Position numbers and translations under genes: made by a program
The notes under the pieces: model-generated
The model's input: only the letters and a program-made list of their open reading frames with translations
Told to the model about the DNA's origin: nothing
The model's database searches: none
In this document: piece by piece, positions 11,111 to 20,974 of the stretch
How positions within the stretch are numbered: position 1 is the first letter of the stretch
How the letters are laid out: every line of letters starts with the position of its first letter
NCBI GenBank assembly: GCA_963785725.1
Contig: CAWAWS010000039.1
Coordinates: forward strand, 96,001 to 160,000
Length of the DNA stretch: 64,000 nt
Reading direction: 5' to 3'
From: an uncultured delta proteobacterium
Lineage (GTDB): Bacteria > Myxococcota_A > Polyangia > Palsa-1104

Positions 11111-12120
11111 GTGAAGCAGATCCGGGTCCACGGTCCCAACGACGTTCGCCTCGACGACATCCCCTCGACGCCGCCCGGCCCGCGTGACGCCCTCGTCCGC
11201 ATGGCGGCATGTGGGATCTGTGGCACCGATATCTCCTTCGTGCACATGGGCGGCATCACCGGGCGACCCATGGCGTTGGGCCACGAGATGGCCGGCGTGG
11301 TCGAGTGGACCGGCAGCGAGGTGCACGGCGTCGCACCCGGCGACCGGGTCATCGTGCATCCAGCCGACGAGGAACTGGGCCGGCTGGGCAGTGGCGCGGC
11401 CGAAGGCGGCCTCACGCCGCTCCTCCTCGTCCGCGAGGCGGCCAAGGGGCGACGGCTGTTCCCGGTACCCGACGAGATGGAGCTGCGTGTCGCCGCCCTT
11501 GACCGAGCCTGCCGCCGTCGGCATGCAGGCGGTGAACCAAGGCGAGATCGCGCCGGGGGACCGGGTGGCGGTGCTGGGCTGCGGCCCGATCGGGCTCCTC
11601 GCCATCGCCACGCTGGCCGATAGGGGCATCCGCGACGTGGTGGCCGTCGATACGAGCCCGCGACGGCTCGAGCTGGCCCAGCAGTTCGGGGCCGCGCACG
11701 TGGTGAATTCCCTCGAGGCCGACCTGTGGGAGGAGCTGGCGCGCCTGCACGGCACCGTGCCGTTCATGTTCGGCCCGACGCCCGCCACCGACGTCTTCAT
11801 TGAGGCGTCGGGATCGGACCGACTCCTCGGCGAGGTCATCGAACACGGCCGGTACGGCGGGCGCATGTCCCTCGTCGCGCTGCACTACGCACCCGTCCCG
11901 ACGAACTTCGTCCAGGTGCTCATGAAGCAGTTCACCATCAGGGGCTCGTTCGAGTACCCACCGAGGTTCGAGGACGCCATTGAGCTCCTGGCGCGCCACG
12001 ATCTGTCGGATCTGATCACCCACAGCCTGCCGCTCGAGAAGGTTCGACGAGGGGTTGGCCCTGCTGGAGGGCTCGAAGGATTGTGGGAAGGTCATGATCA
12101 CCTTCGGAGGCGACGAATGA
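11111..12120 (+). CDS. Zinc-dependent medium-chain alcohol dehydrogenase (frameshifts near 11497 and 12041)
   Basis: CGICGTD, LGHEMAG, GDRV, EP.AVG, GCGPIG; ends GKVMITFGGDE* overlapping the next ATG. Confidence 0.85.
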
Positions 12121-12867
12121 CCAACCAGCTTCGGTTCGACTTCGCCGGCACCTCGGTCCTGGTGACCGGCGGGACCAGCGGCATCGGGCACGCCATCGCC
12201 TCGGCCTTCTCGGGCTCCGGCGCTGACGTCACCGTCACGGGCACCCGTCCCGATGCCGGCCACTACGACGTCGATCTGTCCCCCTTCTCCTACCGGTCGA
12301 CTCGAGATGCGCGACCACGGCGCCGTCGAGGAGCTCATCGGGGAGATCGACCGGCTCGACGTGCTCGTGAACAACGCCGGCGCGAACTTTCCCGACGGGC
12401 GTGACGAATGGGACCCCGATGGCTTTTCGGCCGCCCTCGATCTCAACGTGGAGGGTGCCATGCGCCTGACCGTGGGGCTCAGGGCGGCACTCGGCGCCAG
12501 CACCATGACAGGGGGCGCCAGCGTCGTCAATCTCGTGTCAATGACGGCGTTCCGTTCGACCACGATCGTGCCCGGCTACGCCGCCGCCAAGGCAGCCCTG
12601 CTCACGCTGACCCGGAATCTGGCCGCCTACTGGGCCGAAGACGGCATCCGGGTGAACGCCGTGGCCCCAGGCCTGATCGACACCCCGATGACCGCACCGA
12701 TGCAGGCCTTCCCGCAACTGCTGGAGGGCGAGCTAGCCCGTGCGATCCTGCCGCGCATGGGCACCCCGGCCGAGGTGGCGGCGGCCGTCCTCTTCCTCTC
12801 GAGCGAGCCCGCGGCGTTCATCACCGGGAGCACCCTGGCCGTCGACGGCGGCTACCTCGCCAATTGA
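12117..12867 (+). CDS. SDR family oxidoreductase (frameshift near 12298)
   Basis: TGGTSGIG, LDVLVNNAG, YAAAK, IRVNAVAPG, TG..L.VDGG. Confidence 0.9.
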
Positions 12868-12877
12868 AGGAGCCGCA

Positions 12878-13231
12878 ATGGGCGACGTGATCGCGATCGA
12901 TGACCTGGGCGCCCCCGTGCTCAACGACGTCCAGCGCATGGCGATCGACTACGGGGAATCCAAGACCACCGTGCTCACGGTCGACGCCGTGTGCGACGCC
13001 GCCCGGGCGCGCACCGGCCTGGTCGACTTCGGCGACGAGGACTTCGCCGTGCGCCTCGGGCTGCAGCTGGCCGAGATGGACGCCGATGAAGAGCGCACCG
13101 GCATCGGGAGGCTGATGATGTTCGGCGACTGCGTGCGCGCCGCTTCCAACCGCCTCCTCATCCACGACTTGCTGATCCGCCATCCCGAGATCCTCGAGGT
13201 CCCGATCACCCGTCCGGTCATTGTGTTCTGA
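12878..13231 (+). CDS. Sulfotransferase family protein, N-terminal fragment truncated at the junction
   Basis: A...TGL.DFG..DF..RL and NRL.I.D....HPEI....I.RPV.V, the region that normally precedes the GLPR(S/T)GTT PAPS-binding loop, which is missing. Confidence 0.75.
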   Translation: MGDVIAIDDLGAPVLNDVQRMAIDYGESKTTVLTVDAVCDAARARTGLVDFGDEDFAVRLGLQLAEMDADEERTGIGRLMMFGDCVRAASNRLLIHDLLIRHPEILEVPITRPVIVF

Positions 13232-13249
13232 GAGCTTTGACCGCAAAGA

Positions 13250-13289
13250 TGTAGCGATGGGCAGCGAGGATTTTCAGCCCATCGCTACA
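13250..13289. repeat. 13-bp perfect inverted repeat with GTAG...CTAC ends (REP-like or terminator hairpin)
   Basis: TGTAGCGATGGGC-14 nt-GCCCATCGCTACA, downstream of kdsC. Confidence 0.6.
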
Positions 13290-13363
13290 GCTTTGAGGGA
13301 AATGCTCCAAGCTCCTGGGTCCGGCCTCGGAAAATAAAGATGTCCGGCGGTTTCGGCTCATTT

Positions 13364-13918
13364 TCATTCCGAGTATTTTTCCTGAAAAGCGGCCCATTTG
13401 CCCTGTGTTTTCAGGATCAATTCCACGGTTTCCCGCACCGCGCCGCGTCCGCCGGCATTGCGGGTGACATAATGCGCCGCCGCGCGGGCCTCGGCCACGC
13501 CGTCGCCGACCGCGACCGCAAATCCGGCGCGCGTCAACGGTCCCAGATCAATGATATCGTCGCCGACAAAACACGTTTCGTCCCAGGACAATTTTTCCTG
13601 CGCCAGCAATTGTTCCACGGCCGCCCGCTTGCCAATGCCATCGCCTTGCTGCACGAGAAAATCAATTTTCAATTCATCCGCGCGCAATTTCGTCGCTGCC
13701 GAGGGGCGGGCGGAAACCCAGCCGACTTTCAGTCCGGCGCGCCGGGCCAGGACCAGGCCCAGTCCGTCGCGGATATTGAAGCGTTTGAACTCCTGCGCGC
13801 CGCCGATGAAAATGGAGCCGTCCGTCAGCACGCCATCCACGTCGCAAAGGAATAATTTGATCCGTTTAAGGCGCGCGATCAGCGGTTTGGAAATTTTCGG
13901 CATTTTTGAGCTTTTCAT
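13364..13918 (-). CDS. kdsC: KDO 8-phosphate phosphatase (HAD, YrbI family)
   Basis: [34 protein letters not shown]; adjacent to kdsA. Confidence 0.93.
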   Translation of the reverse strand: MKSSKMPKISKPLIARLKRIKLFLCDVDGVLTDGSIFIGGAQEFKRFNIRDGLGLVLARRAGLKVGWVSARPSAATKLRADELKIDFLVQQGDGIGKRAAVEQLLAQEKLSWDETCFVGDDIIDLGPLTRAGFAVAVGDGVAEARAAAHYVTRNAGGRGAVRETVELILKTQGKWAAFQEKYSE

Positions 13919-14730
13919 TTCACTGCCTCGAAAACTTTCAGCAGGCTTTTCAGCGTTGCGTTCATTTCACCCAGCGGAATCATGTTGGGCCCGTCGCTCA
14001 GGGCCTTGTCCGGTTCCGGATGCGTTTCGATGAACAGGCCATTGGCGCCCGCCGCCAGCGCCGCGCGGGCGAGCACCGGCGCAAACTCGCGCTGCCCGGC
14101 GGATTTATCGCCGCCGCCGCCGGGCAGTTGGACCGAATGCGTCGCGTCAAACACCACGGGAAAGCCGAACGATTTCATGATCGGGATCGAACGCATGTCG
14201 GCCACGAGATTATTGTAGCCGAAGGTGGTGCCGCGTTCGGTCAGGAGGATTTTTTTTCCGCCCGCGATGCGGGCTTTTTCCGCCACGCGCCCCATTTCGT
14301 TGGGCGAAAGAAACTGGCCTTTTTTCAGGTTCACAATTTTGCCGGTGGCGACCGCGGCTTCGATCAAATCCGTCTGGCGGCAGAGAAACGCGGGGATTTG
14401 CAGAATATCCACGACTTCGCCCGCGGCGGCGGCCTGGGCCTCGTTGTGAACATCGGTCAAAATCGGCACGCCAAATTCTTCGCGGATATGGGCGAGCGTT
14501 TTTAACCCCGCTTCCATGCCCGGCCCGCGAAAGGCCTTGCCGGACGTGCGGTTGGCCTTGTCGAAACTGGCCTTGAAAACGTAGAAAATGCCCAGTTGCC
14601 GGCAGGTTTTGACCAGCGACGCCGCGACTTGCCGGCAGAGTTTTTCGTTTTCAATCACGCACGGCCCGGCGATCAAAAATAACCGGCGCGGCGAATTCAG
14701 GTTTTTCCAGATGGCGGTGGAATCAAGCAC
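13915..14730 (-). CDS. kdsA: KDO 8-phosphate synthase
   Basis: [61 protein letters not shown]; probable GTG start at 14730. Confidence 0.97.
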   Translation of the reverse strand: MLDSTAIWKNLNSPRRLFLIAGPCVIENEKLCRQVAASLVKTCRQLGIFYVFKASFDKANRTSGKAFRGPGMEAGLKTLAHIREEFGVPILTDVHNEAQAAAAGEVVDILQIPAFLCRQTDLIEAAVATGKIVNLKKGQFLSPNEMGRVAEKARIAGGKKILLTERGTTFGYNNLVADMRSIPIMKSFGFPVVFDATHSVQLPGGGGDKSAGQREFAPVLARAALAAGANGLFIETHPEPDKALSDGPNMIPLGEMNATLKSLLKVFEAVK

Positions 14731-14765
14731 GCGGAAGTTTTGACGACTGGCGCGCCGCGCGCAAA

Positions 14766-14921
14766 TCAAATCACCGTGCCATCCGGAATCACGGCGTCCT
14801 TCGGAATGATGACGATGCCGTCGCGGATGTAGTAGCGCTCGTGGTCGAGGTTTTCCGCCTTGCCGGCGGGCGAGATGGTCACGTTGTTGCCGATGCGCGC
14901 GTTTTTATCAATGATGGCATT
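14766..14921 (-). CDS. glgC: Glucose-1-phosphate adenylyltransferase, C-terminal 51 aa only (5' part cut by the junction)
   Basis: Manual translation [51 protein letters not shown]; not in the ORF track. Confidence 0.88.
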   Translation of the reverse strand, partial: NAIIDKNARIGNNVTISPAGKAENLDHERYYIRDGIVIIPKDAVIPDGTVI

Positions 14922-16222
14922 ATCAGAACCTCGACAAGATCGAAGAGTGGGCCAATCGGCTGAAAGCGGCCAATTGCGGCTCGACGCTGACGGCAGCGAA
15001 GAACGCGACCGAGCTCGGTAAGCTGTCGTTGGGTGTGAAGTTTCAAAAGGCCGATCAGCTGTTCGCCGACAAGAAGTACGAAGAGGCGGCGCGGCTTTAT
15101 GTGCAGATCATCGACGCCGATCCGCACAGCGAAGACGCCGATAAGGCGCTCAACAACGCCGCCGTCGCTTATGAAAACGTGAAGCGTTATGCGGCGGCGA
15201 CGCGGCTTTACGAGCGCATCGTCAATGATTATCCGACGTCGAAGTTCTTGGATGACGCGCTGTTTCGCACGGCCGTCAGCTATCAGAAGGCGTTCGAGTT
15301 CGATCGCGCCGAGGTCTCCTATATTCGGCTGGCCGAGGACAAGAAGTTCGCGGCTTCACCGCATCGCACCGACGCGCTTTACAACGCCGCGATCATTCTC
15401 GAGAACGATCAGAATTACGCGAAGGCGTCGGAGCTGTTCAAGAAGTACGCGGCCGATAAAGGCGTCAAGCGCGAGGATGCGTCGGAGGCGTTCTTCCGCT
15501 CGGCGATGAACCTCGAGAAGCTGCACGATTGGGACAAAGCGATCAAGACGTTTGCCGACTACGTGAAGACGTACGGAAATGATCCGAAGGGCCGCGATCG
15601 CGTGCTCGAGGCCTATTTCCGCGAGGCGACGTCGTACGAGCAGAAGCACGACAAGGCGGCGGCCGAGGCGATGTACAAGAAGATCGTGTCGCTCGGCACG
15701 ACCGCGGTGCCGGCGTCGGATCAGGCGGAATATCCGGCGCACGCGGCCTTCATTTTGACCGAGGAGAAGTTGCCGGCGGTCGAGAAGGCGAAGATCACCG
15801 GCGGTGGCAAGCAGCTGGCGGCGTCGATTCAGCGGTTCAAGACGAGCGTCAGTGACTTGGTGACCGACTACAACAAGGTCATCGCGTACCGTCGCGCGAC
15901 GTGGACGTTGGCGGCATATTTCCGTACCGGTTACTTGTACGAGCTGTTCTCCAAAGCGCTGTTGAATGCGCCATGTCCGCCCGAGGTCAAGCGTTTGGGC
16001 GCCGAGGCCTGCGACATTTATCGCGATCAGATCGAACAGACGGTCGCGGGCGTTGATGAAGAGGCAGTGAAGCGTTACGGCGTCACGTTGCAGCAAGCCG
16101 GTCAATTGGGCGTGTCGAACGAATGGACGCGTTTGGCCCGCACGCGCGCCAATGCTTACAAGCCCGACGTGTTCCCGATGACCAAAGACGAGCATATCGA
16201 TTTGCAATTGGAGTCGCCGTAA
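14921..16222 (+). CDS. TPR protein, GltD/AgmU/NfsD-like, C-terminal part (5'-truncated at the junction)
   Basis: Frame open from 14921 ([14 protein letters not shown]) with no start codon; many TPR repeats; WT.AA.FR.G.LYE.F motif and gene order before GltE/F/G-like genes. Confidence 0.72.
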   Translation, partial: YQNLDKIEEWANRLKAANCGSTLTAAKNATELGKLSLGVKFQKADQLFADKKYEEAARLYVQIIDADPHSEDADKALNNAAVAYENVKRYAAATRLYERIVNDYPTSKFLDDALFRTAVSYQKAFEFDRAEVSYIRLAEDKKFAASPHRTDALYNAAIILENDQNYAKASELFKKYAADKGVKREDASEAFFRSAMNLEKLHDWDKAIKTFADYVKTYGNDPKGRDRVLEAYFREATSYEQKHDKAAAEAMYKKIVSLGTTAVPASDQAEYPAHAAFILTEEKLPAVEKAKITGGGKQLAASIQRFKTSVSDLVTDYNKVIAYRRATWTLAAYFRTGYLYELFSKALLNAPCPPEVKRLGAEACDIYRDQIEQTVAGVDEEAVKRYGVTLQQAGQLGVSNEWTRLARTRANAYKPDVFPMTKDEHIDLQLESP

Positions 16223-17152
16223 ATGCGCCGCTTATGGTCGAGCGTCGCATTGGCGTTTGCATTGTCGTCGTCGTCGTTGGCGCTGGCGGCGCAGACGCAA
16301 TTGCCGGCGGAGACGAAGGGCGATCCCAAGCCCGACACCGACGCGGCGCAGGCGTTCCTCAAGCACGGGCGTTACGAAGACGCGATTCGTCAGTCGAAGC
16401 TGGCGCTCGGCCGCGACGAGCGTTACGTGCCGGCGATGCTCGTGCTCGCCAAAGCCTATTATTACGAGCGTAAATACGAGCTTTCGACGAGCATCATCGA
16501 TATCGCCAAGTCGATCGATGCCAATAACGCCGAGTGCTACAACCTGCTCGGCTTCATCGCGCTGACGCACGATGATCGCATCTCGGCGACGGCCGCGTTC
16601 CGCAAGGCGACCGAGCTCAATCCGCAATACGGCAACGCTTGGGATAACCTGGCGGCGCAGTATCTGTTCTCGAAGAACTACGACGGCGCGTTGCAAGCGG
16701 CGGAGAAGGCGACGGAGCTGTTGCCGTCGTTCGATAAGGCGTGGCTGAATTTGGGCTCGGCCTATCGCGGCGAGCAGCAATATGCCGATGCATTGGCGGC
16801 CTACAAAAAGGCGCTGCAGATCAATTCGGGATATGCCGACGCTTATTTCAACCTCGGTATCTTGTATCTCGATGCGAAGCAGATGCCGAATACCGACACC
16901 ATCACGAAGTTCAATACGGCGATCAATTACTTCGATCAATACAAGACGAAGGCGGGATATCGGCTGACGAAGGACGATCCGGCCGATGGCTATATCGCCG
17001 AGGCGCGCACCGGCGCCGATCGCGAGAAGAAGCGGCTCGAGCGTTTGCAGAAGCAGCAGCAGCGCGGTGAGCCGAAGCCGGCGCCGGGCGCGGCTGCGCC
17101 GGCGCATCCGGCGCCGACGTCGAAACCGACCGGAAAGATCGAGGACAAATGA
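16223..17152 (+). CDS. Secreted TPR protein, GltE/AglT/NfsE-like
   Basis: Signal peptide; TPRs including LNLG.AYRG and YFNLGILYLD; position in cluster. Confidence 0.72.
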   Translation: MRRLWSSVALAFALSSSSLALAAQTQLPAETKGDPKPDTDAAQAFLKHGRYEDAIRQSKLALGRDERYVPAMLVLAKAYYYERKYELSTSIIDIAKSIDANNAECYNLLGFIALTHDDRISATAAFRKATELNPQYGNAWDNLAAQYLFSKNYDGALQAAEKATELLPSFDKAWLNLGSAYRGEQQYADALAAYKKALQINSGYADAYFNLGILYLDAKQMPNTDTITKFNTAINYFDQYKTKAGYRLTKDDPADGYIAEARTGADREKKRLERLQKQQQRGEPKPAPGAAAPAHPAPTSKPTGKIEDK

Positions 17153-17433
17153 GACGCGTCATCATCGCCTGCGGATTTGCGTTGGCGGCGCTGTCGTCAC
17201 GCGCCGTTCACGCGCAGGACGCGGCCGCGGCGGCGCCGAAAGTGAAAGTCGAGCGCTCGGCGTCGGGACAGAAGATTTTCCGCATCACCGAGGGCATCGT
17301 CGTCGAGGGCAAGATCCAAAAGCCCAATGCTTTTTATGTGCTTCAGCGCTCGGGGATGGATTACGATTGGGAGAGCCTAAAGCAGGACTTCTTGCCGAAG
17401 ATCCTGCAGGCGGCTTCGCATCACCCGTTCTGA
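17149..17433 (+). CDS. Small secreted protein, GltF/CglF/NfsF-like
   Basis: 94 aa, signal peptide, VEG.IQKP.A.YVL.R...F...I pattern; lies between the GltE- and GltG-like genes. Confidence 0.65.
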   Translation: MRRVIIACGFALAALSSRAVHAQDAAAAAPKVKVERSASGQKIFRITEGIVVEGKIQKPNAFYVLQRSGMDYDWESLKQDFLPKILQAASHHPF

Positions 17434-17473
17434 TATGACGATGCCCAAGACGCCCATGATGATGGTGGACTGA

Positions 17474-18853
17474 ATGGCCAAGGCCTTGAACGTGCCGGCG
17501 GATGTCACGGCGCCGAAGATCCTGCGCATCGGCATCATCCAGAACGGCAAGATCGTCGAGGAGCGTCTCGTCCGCAAGCGCGAGAACGTGACGATCGGGC
17601 AGTCGACCAAGAATACGTTCGTCGTGCCGGCGTCGAATGCGCTGCCGCGCACGTTCACGATCTTCGAGCTCACGCCGGCCGGCTACGCCATCAACTTCTC
17701 GGATTCGATGGATGGTCGCGTGTCGTTGGGCGAGCAGGTCGTCGCGCTGACGGCGCTCAGGCAGGGCAAAGCGCAGAAGCGCGGCGAGCTCTGGCATCTG
17801 ATGCTCAACGAGCGCTCGCGCGGCAAAGTCGTCATCGGCGACGTGACCGTGCTGTTCCAGTTCGTGACGCCGCCGCCGGTGCAGCCGCGCCCGCAGCTGC
17901 CGCCGTCGGTGCGCTCGTCGCTGATCCAGAACCTGGATTGGATGTTGGTGGCGGTGTTGGCGGCGTCGTTCCTGCTGCACTTCGGCTTCGTCATCTACCT
18001 GCGCAATATCGATTGGCCGCGTAAGCCCGACATCGAAGAGATCCCCGATCGCTTCGTGCAGATGATCGTGCCCAAGAAGGTCGAAGAGCCGAAGCCCGTC
18101 GTCGCGCAGAAGGAAGACAAGCCCGACGACAAGAAAGAGGCGAAGAAGAAGGACAACGGCGAGGCGAGCAAGAAGGCGCCGCCGCCGAAGGTGCGCGATC
18201 CCGAGGCCGAGGCGCGCGCCGCGGCCGAGCGTCGCGCGCGGCTCGCCGCCGACGTGCAGAAGATGGGCGTGTTGAAGATCCTCGGCAGCAAAGGCGACAA
18301 CGGCGCCGTGGCCGACTTGGTCAAAGGCGGCGACGTGTCAGGCGACGCCGACAAAGTGTTCGCGCAGGTCGGCGGCGTCGGTGTGGCGGGCGCGGGCGCG
18401 GGCGGATTGCGCTCGGCCAAAGGCGCCGGCGGCTCGGGCACGCTGCGCGGCGGCGGCTCGTTGCGCGCGTCGGGCCCGGGCGAAGTCGGCACCGGCGAGC
18501 GTCAAGGCGAGCGCGCGGTCAAAGGCATCGTCAAGGATTCGGCGCCGACCGACGTCGACGGCACGCTCGATCCGGGCGTCATCGCCAAAGAGATCCGCGG
18601 TCGCTTGGGCGCCATCAAGGCCTGCTACGAAGCCGGCTTGAAGCGCAACCCGAGCATCGGCGGCAAAGTGCAGCTGCGCTTCGAGGTCTCGTCGGTCGGC
18701 AAAGTGACGTCGGCCGAAATCGAGAACGACACGATGCACGACGAAGAGGTCGCCAGCTGCATCAAAGCGCGCGTCTCGTCGTGGCGCTTCCCGGCGCCGG
18801 CCGGTGGATCTGTGCAGTTCTCGTATCCGTTCATCTTCCAGGCCTCCAAGTAA
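17474..18853 (+). CDS. GltG/PglI/NfsG-like protein: cytoplasmic FHA-like domain, TM helix, K/E/P and Gly linker, TonB-C-like domain
   Basis: TM with S..LH; C-terminal I..CYE..L..NP...GKV.LRF.V...G.V....C......W.FP.P.GG.V.FSYPF.F. Confidence 0.85.
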   Translation: MAKALNVPADVTAPKILRIGIIQNGKIVEERLVRKRENVTIGQSTKNTFVVPASNALPRTFTIFELTPAGYAINFSDSMDGRVSLGEQVVALTALRQGKAQKRGELWHLMLNERSRGKVVIGDVTVLFQFVTPPPVQPRPQLPPSVRSSLIQNLDWMLVAVLAASFLLHFGFVIYLRNIDWPRKPDIEEIPDRFVQMIVPKKVEEPKPVVAQKEDKPDDKKEAKKKDNGEASKKAPPPKVRDPEAEARAAAERRARLAADVQKMGVLKILGSKGDNGAVADLVKGGDVSGDADKVFAQVGGVGVAGAGAGGLRSAKGAGGSGTLRGGGSLRASGPGEVGTGERQGERAVKGIVKDSAPTDVDGTLDPGVIAKEIRGRLGAIKACYEAGLKRNPSIGGKVQLRFEVSSVGKVTSAEIENDTMHDEEVASCIKARVSSWRFPAPAGGSVQFSYPFIFQASK

Positions 18854-18976
18854 TCCGGCCAATCGCCGCCTGTTCCTCCTGTATGCCGCCTATTTATACG
18901 TAATTGATGCCCAATCGGCTTGTGACCGACGTCGTGAACGTTGTCTGCCGTCGCGGCGACATACTGGTGGGCAAGG

Positions 18977-19005
18977 TTGACACCACGCGGCGCGCACCCG
19001 ATAAT
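18977..19005 (+). promoter_or_regulatory. Sigma70-type promoter
   Basis: TTGACA (18977-18982), 17-bp spacer, GATAAT (19000-19005), about 40 bp upstream of ATG 19048. Confidence 0.7.
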
Positions 19006-19047
19006 GCGGGCCGTACTTGCACCTACGTATTGAGAGGGTGGACTTAA

Positions 19048-19611
19048 ATGAGCTTACGTCGTTGGCCTTTCGCAGTGGTTTTATCCGCGCTCTTGGGCGC
19101 GGGTGCTGCGTTCGCCGCGACGGCGGATGACGCCAGCAACGCCGGCATCGACTTTCGCAAGAGCATCACGCTGAGCCCGCAGGAGACCGTCGCGCAGTCC
19201 AAAGATTACGCCGCCAAGATGCGCGACACCGAGAAGCGGATCTTGGGGCTGCAGTCGCGCGCGGCCAAAGATCGCGACATGGTCAAGCTCAACTGCGTCG
19301 GCGACAAGCTGACCCAAGTGCGCGGCCACATGACGGTCACCGATCAGTCGCTGCAGACGATGAACACGGCGATCGGCAAAGGCGACGACAACGCGCGGCA
19401 GCACGAGTTCACGCGCGTGACGATTCTGTACCAGAAGGTTACGACGCTCGGCACGGAAGCCGAGCAGTGCATCGGCGAAGACGTGAGCTACGTCGGCGCC
19501 ACCACGGTCGACATCCAGGTCGATCCCAGCGTCCCGCCCGGAGATCCGACTCAACCGGATCTCCCGCTGCCTGTCGTGCAGCGACCGCCGGAGGCTTCAC
19601 CCTTCGTCTGA
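19048..19611 (+). CDS. Secreted helical protein of unknown function (two Cys, Pro-rich tail)
   Basis: Signal peptide ending AAFA; KLNCV and AEQCIGE; purine-rich RBS. Confidence 0.8.
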   Translation: MSLRRWPFAVVLSALLGAGAAFAATADDASNAGIDFRKSITLSPQETVAQSKDYAAKMRDTEKRILGLQSRAAKDRDMVKLNCVGDKLTQVRGHMTVTDQSLQTMNTAIGKGDDNARQHEFTRVTILYQKVTTLGTEAEQCIGEDVSYVGATTVDIQVDPSVPPGDPTQPDLPLPVVQRPPEASPFV

Positions 19612-19679
19612 TGTGAGGAGTGAGCGTTCCCGGTCGTCATTCAGGCAGTCTGCTGCGGGAAAACGCGAAACGGGGACCT

Positions 19680-20969
19680 ATGCGGCTACGTCGATACCTG
19701 TCCATTCTGATTGTCTGCCTGCTCGCGACCGCGTCGGCGACCGCGCGCGCGCAGGCTGTCGGTGGCGACGGCATCAAGCTGGGCGATACGTTCCTGTTGC
19801 ACCTCGGTATGGGCCTCGAGGTGGCATACGACACGAACCTGTTCTACGAGAACGCCAACCCGCATCGCGCCTTCGAGCTGCGCCTGACGCCGCGCTTCGA
19901 TCTCTCCAACGTTCCGCGCATCGGCGGTCGACAGTTCCAGCTCGATTTTCACGGCGGGCTCAACTACCTCGAGTATCTGACGTCGAATCCGGCCGTCGAG
20001 CAGCTGCGCCAGTTCAACGTCGACGCCGGCGTCTTGGCTTCGTTCTTCGCGCTCAATCCGTACAACTTCCAGGTCTTCGACAACTACGTGCGCTCGGCGC
20101 AGGCGCCCTATTCGCTGACCGACCACAACTTCGATCGCGACACGAACGATCTCGGCTTGCGCATCAACTTGGCGCCGGGCGGCGGCCGCCTGTCGTTCTA
20201 TATCGGCTACGTGTTCGGCATCGACTACTTCGAGCCGCAACAGCTGCAGGCGTTCAATCTCTTGTCGCATCGCTTCGACTTCCGCGCGTCGTGGAAGGTG
20301 CTGCCGAAGACCGCGATCTACATCGCGGCCACGGAAGTCCTGAACCTCTATCAAAACCAAGGAAACGGGACGAGCTCGTACGACCATCCCGACTCGTATC
20401 CGTTTCGCATCGTCGCCGGTATTCAGGGTTTGATTACGACGAAGCTGACGCTCAACGCCTATATCGGCTACGGCAACGGCTTCTATCAGACGACAAAGGC
20501 GGCAGGCCCGACGGGCATTACCACCGTCGTCAACGCGAATCCGAACACGCCCATCGGCGGCGTCGCCGTGACTTGGAAGCCGACGATTTTGTCGACGGGA
20601 ACGCTGGGCTACGATCACGACTTCGTCAACTCGCTGCTCGGCTCGTACTACGACATGGATACGGTTTACGCGACGTGGACGCAGCTGATCTGGCGCTTCA
20701 CGGCGTTCCTGCGCCTGAGCTACGCCAACGAGCGCTACAAAGGCATCACGCCGCTCACCGGCGATCTCTCGTCGACGCGCACCGACAACTACGTCACCGT
20801 CAACACGCGTGTCGATTATCCATTCCAGCGTTGGCTGTGGGGCAGCGTCGGCTATGACCTGCAGCTCAATCGCTCGAACGCAGTGCTGGACATCAATCCT
20901 GCGGCGGCGGTCGTGCCCGTGAACTATACGAAGAGCGTGGTCTATCTCCGCCTGACCGCGTGGTATTGA
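19680..20969 (+). CDS. Outer-membrane beta-barrel for polysaccharide export (EpsX/ExoB/Wzp-like)
   Basis: Signal peptide, YDTN motif, aromatic alternating strands, C-terminal VYLRLTAWY beta-signal; immediately upstream of the OPX gene. Confidence 0.8.
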   Translation: MRLRRYLSILIVCLLATASATARAQAVGGDGIKLGDTFLLHLGMGLEVAYDTNLFYENANPHRAFELRLTPRFDLSNVPRIGGRQFQLDFHGGLNYLEYLTSNPAVEQLRQFNVDAGVLASFFALNPYNFQVFDNYVRSAQAPYSLTDHNFDRDTNDLGLRINLAPGGGRLSFYIGYVFGIDYFEPQQLQAFNLLSHRFDFRASWKVLPKTAIYIAATEVLNLYQNQGNGTSSYDHPDSYPFRIVAGIQGLITTKLTLNAYIGYGNGFYQTTKAAGPTGITTVVNANPNTPIGGVAVTWKPTILSTGTLGYDHDFVNSLLGSYYDMDTVYATWTQLIWRFTAFLRLSYANERYKGITPLTGDLSSTRTDNYVTVNTRVDYPFQRWLWGSVGYDLQLNRSNAVLDINPAAAVVPVNYTKSVVYLRLTAWY

Positions 20970-20974
20970 CCCTC

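Noticed and set aside
13225..14921. kdsA-kdsC as a horizontally acquired island
   Set aside because: Both ends cut genes mid-domain and there are no mobility genes or att sites; better explained as concatenated fragments
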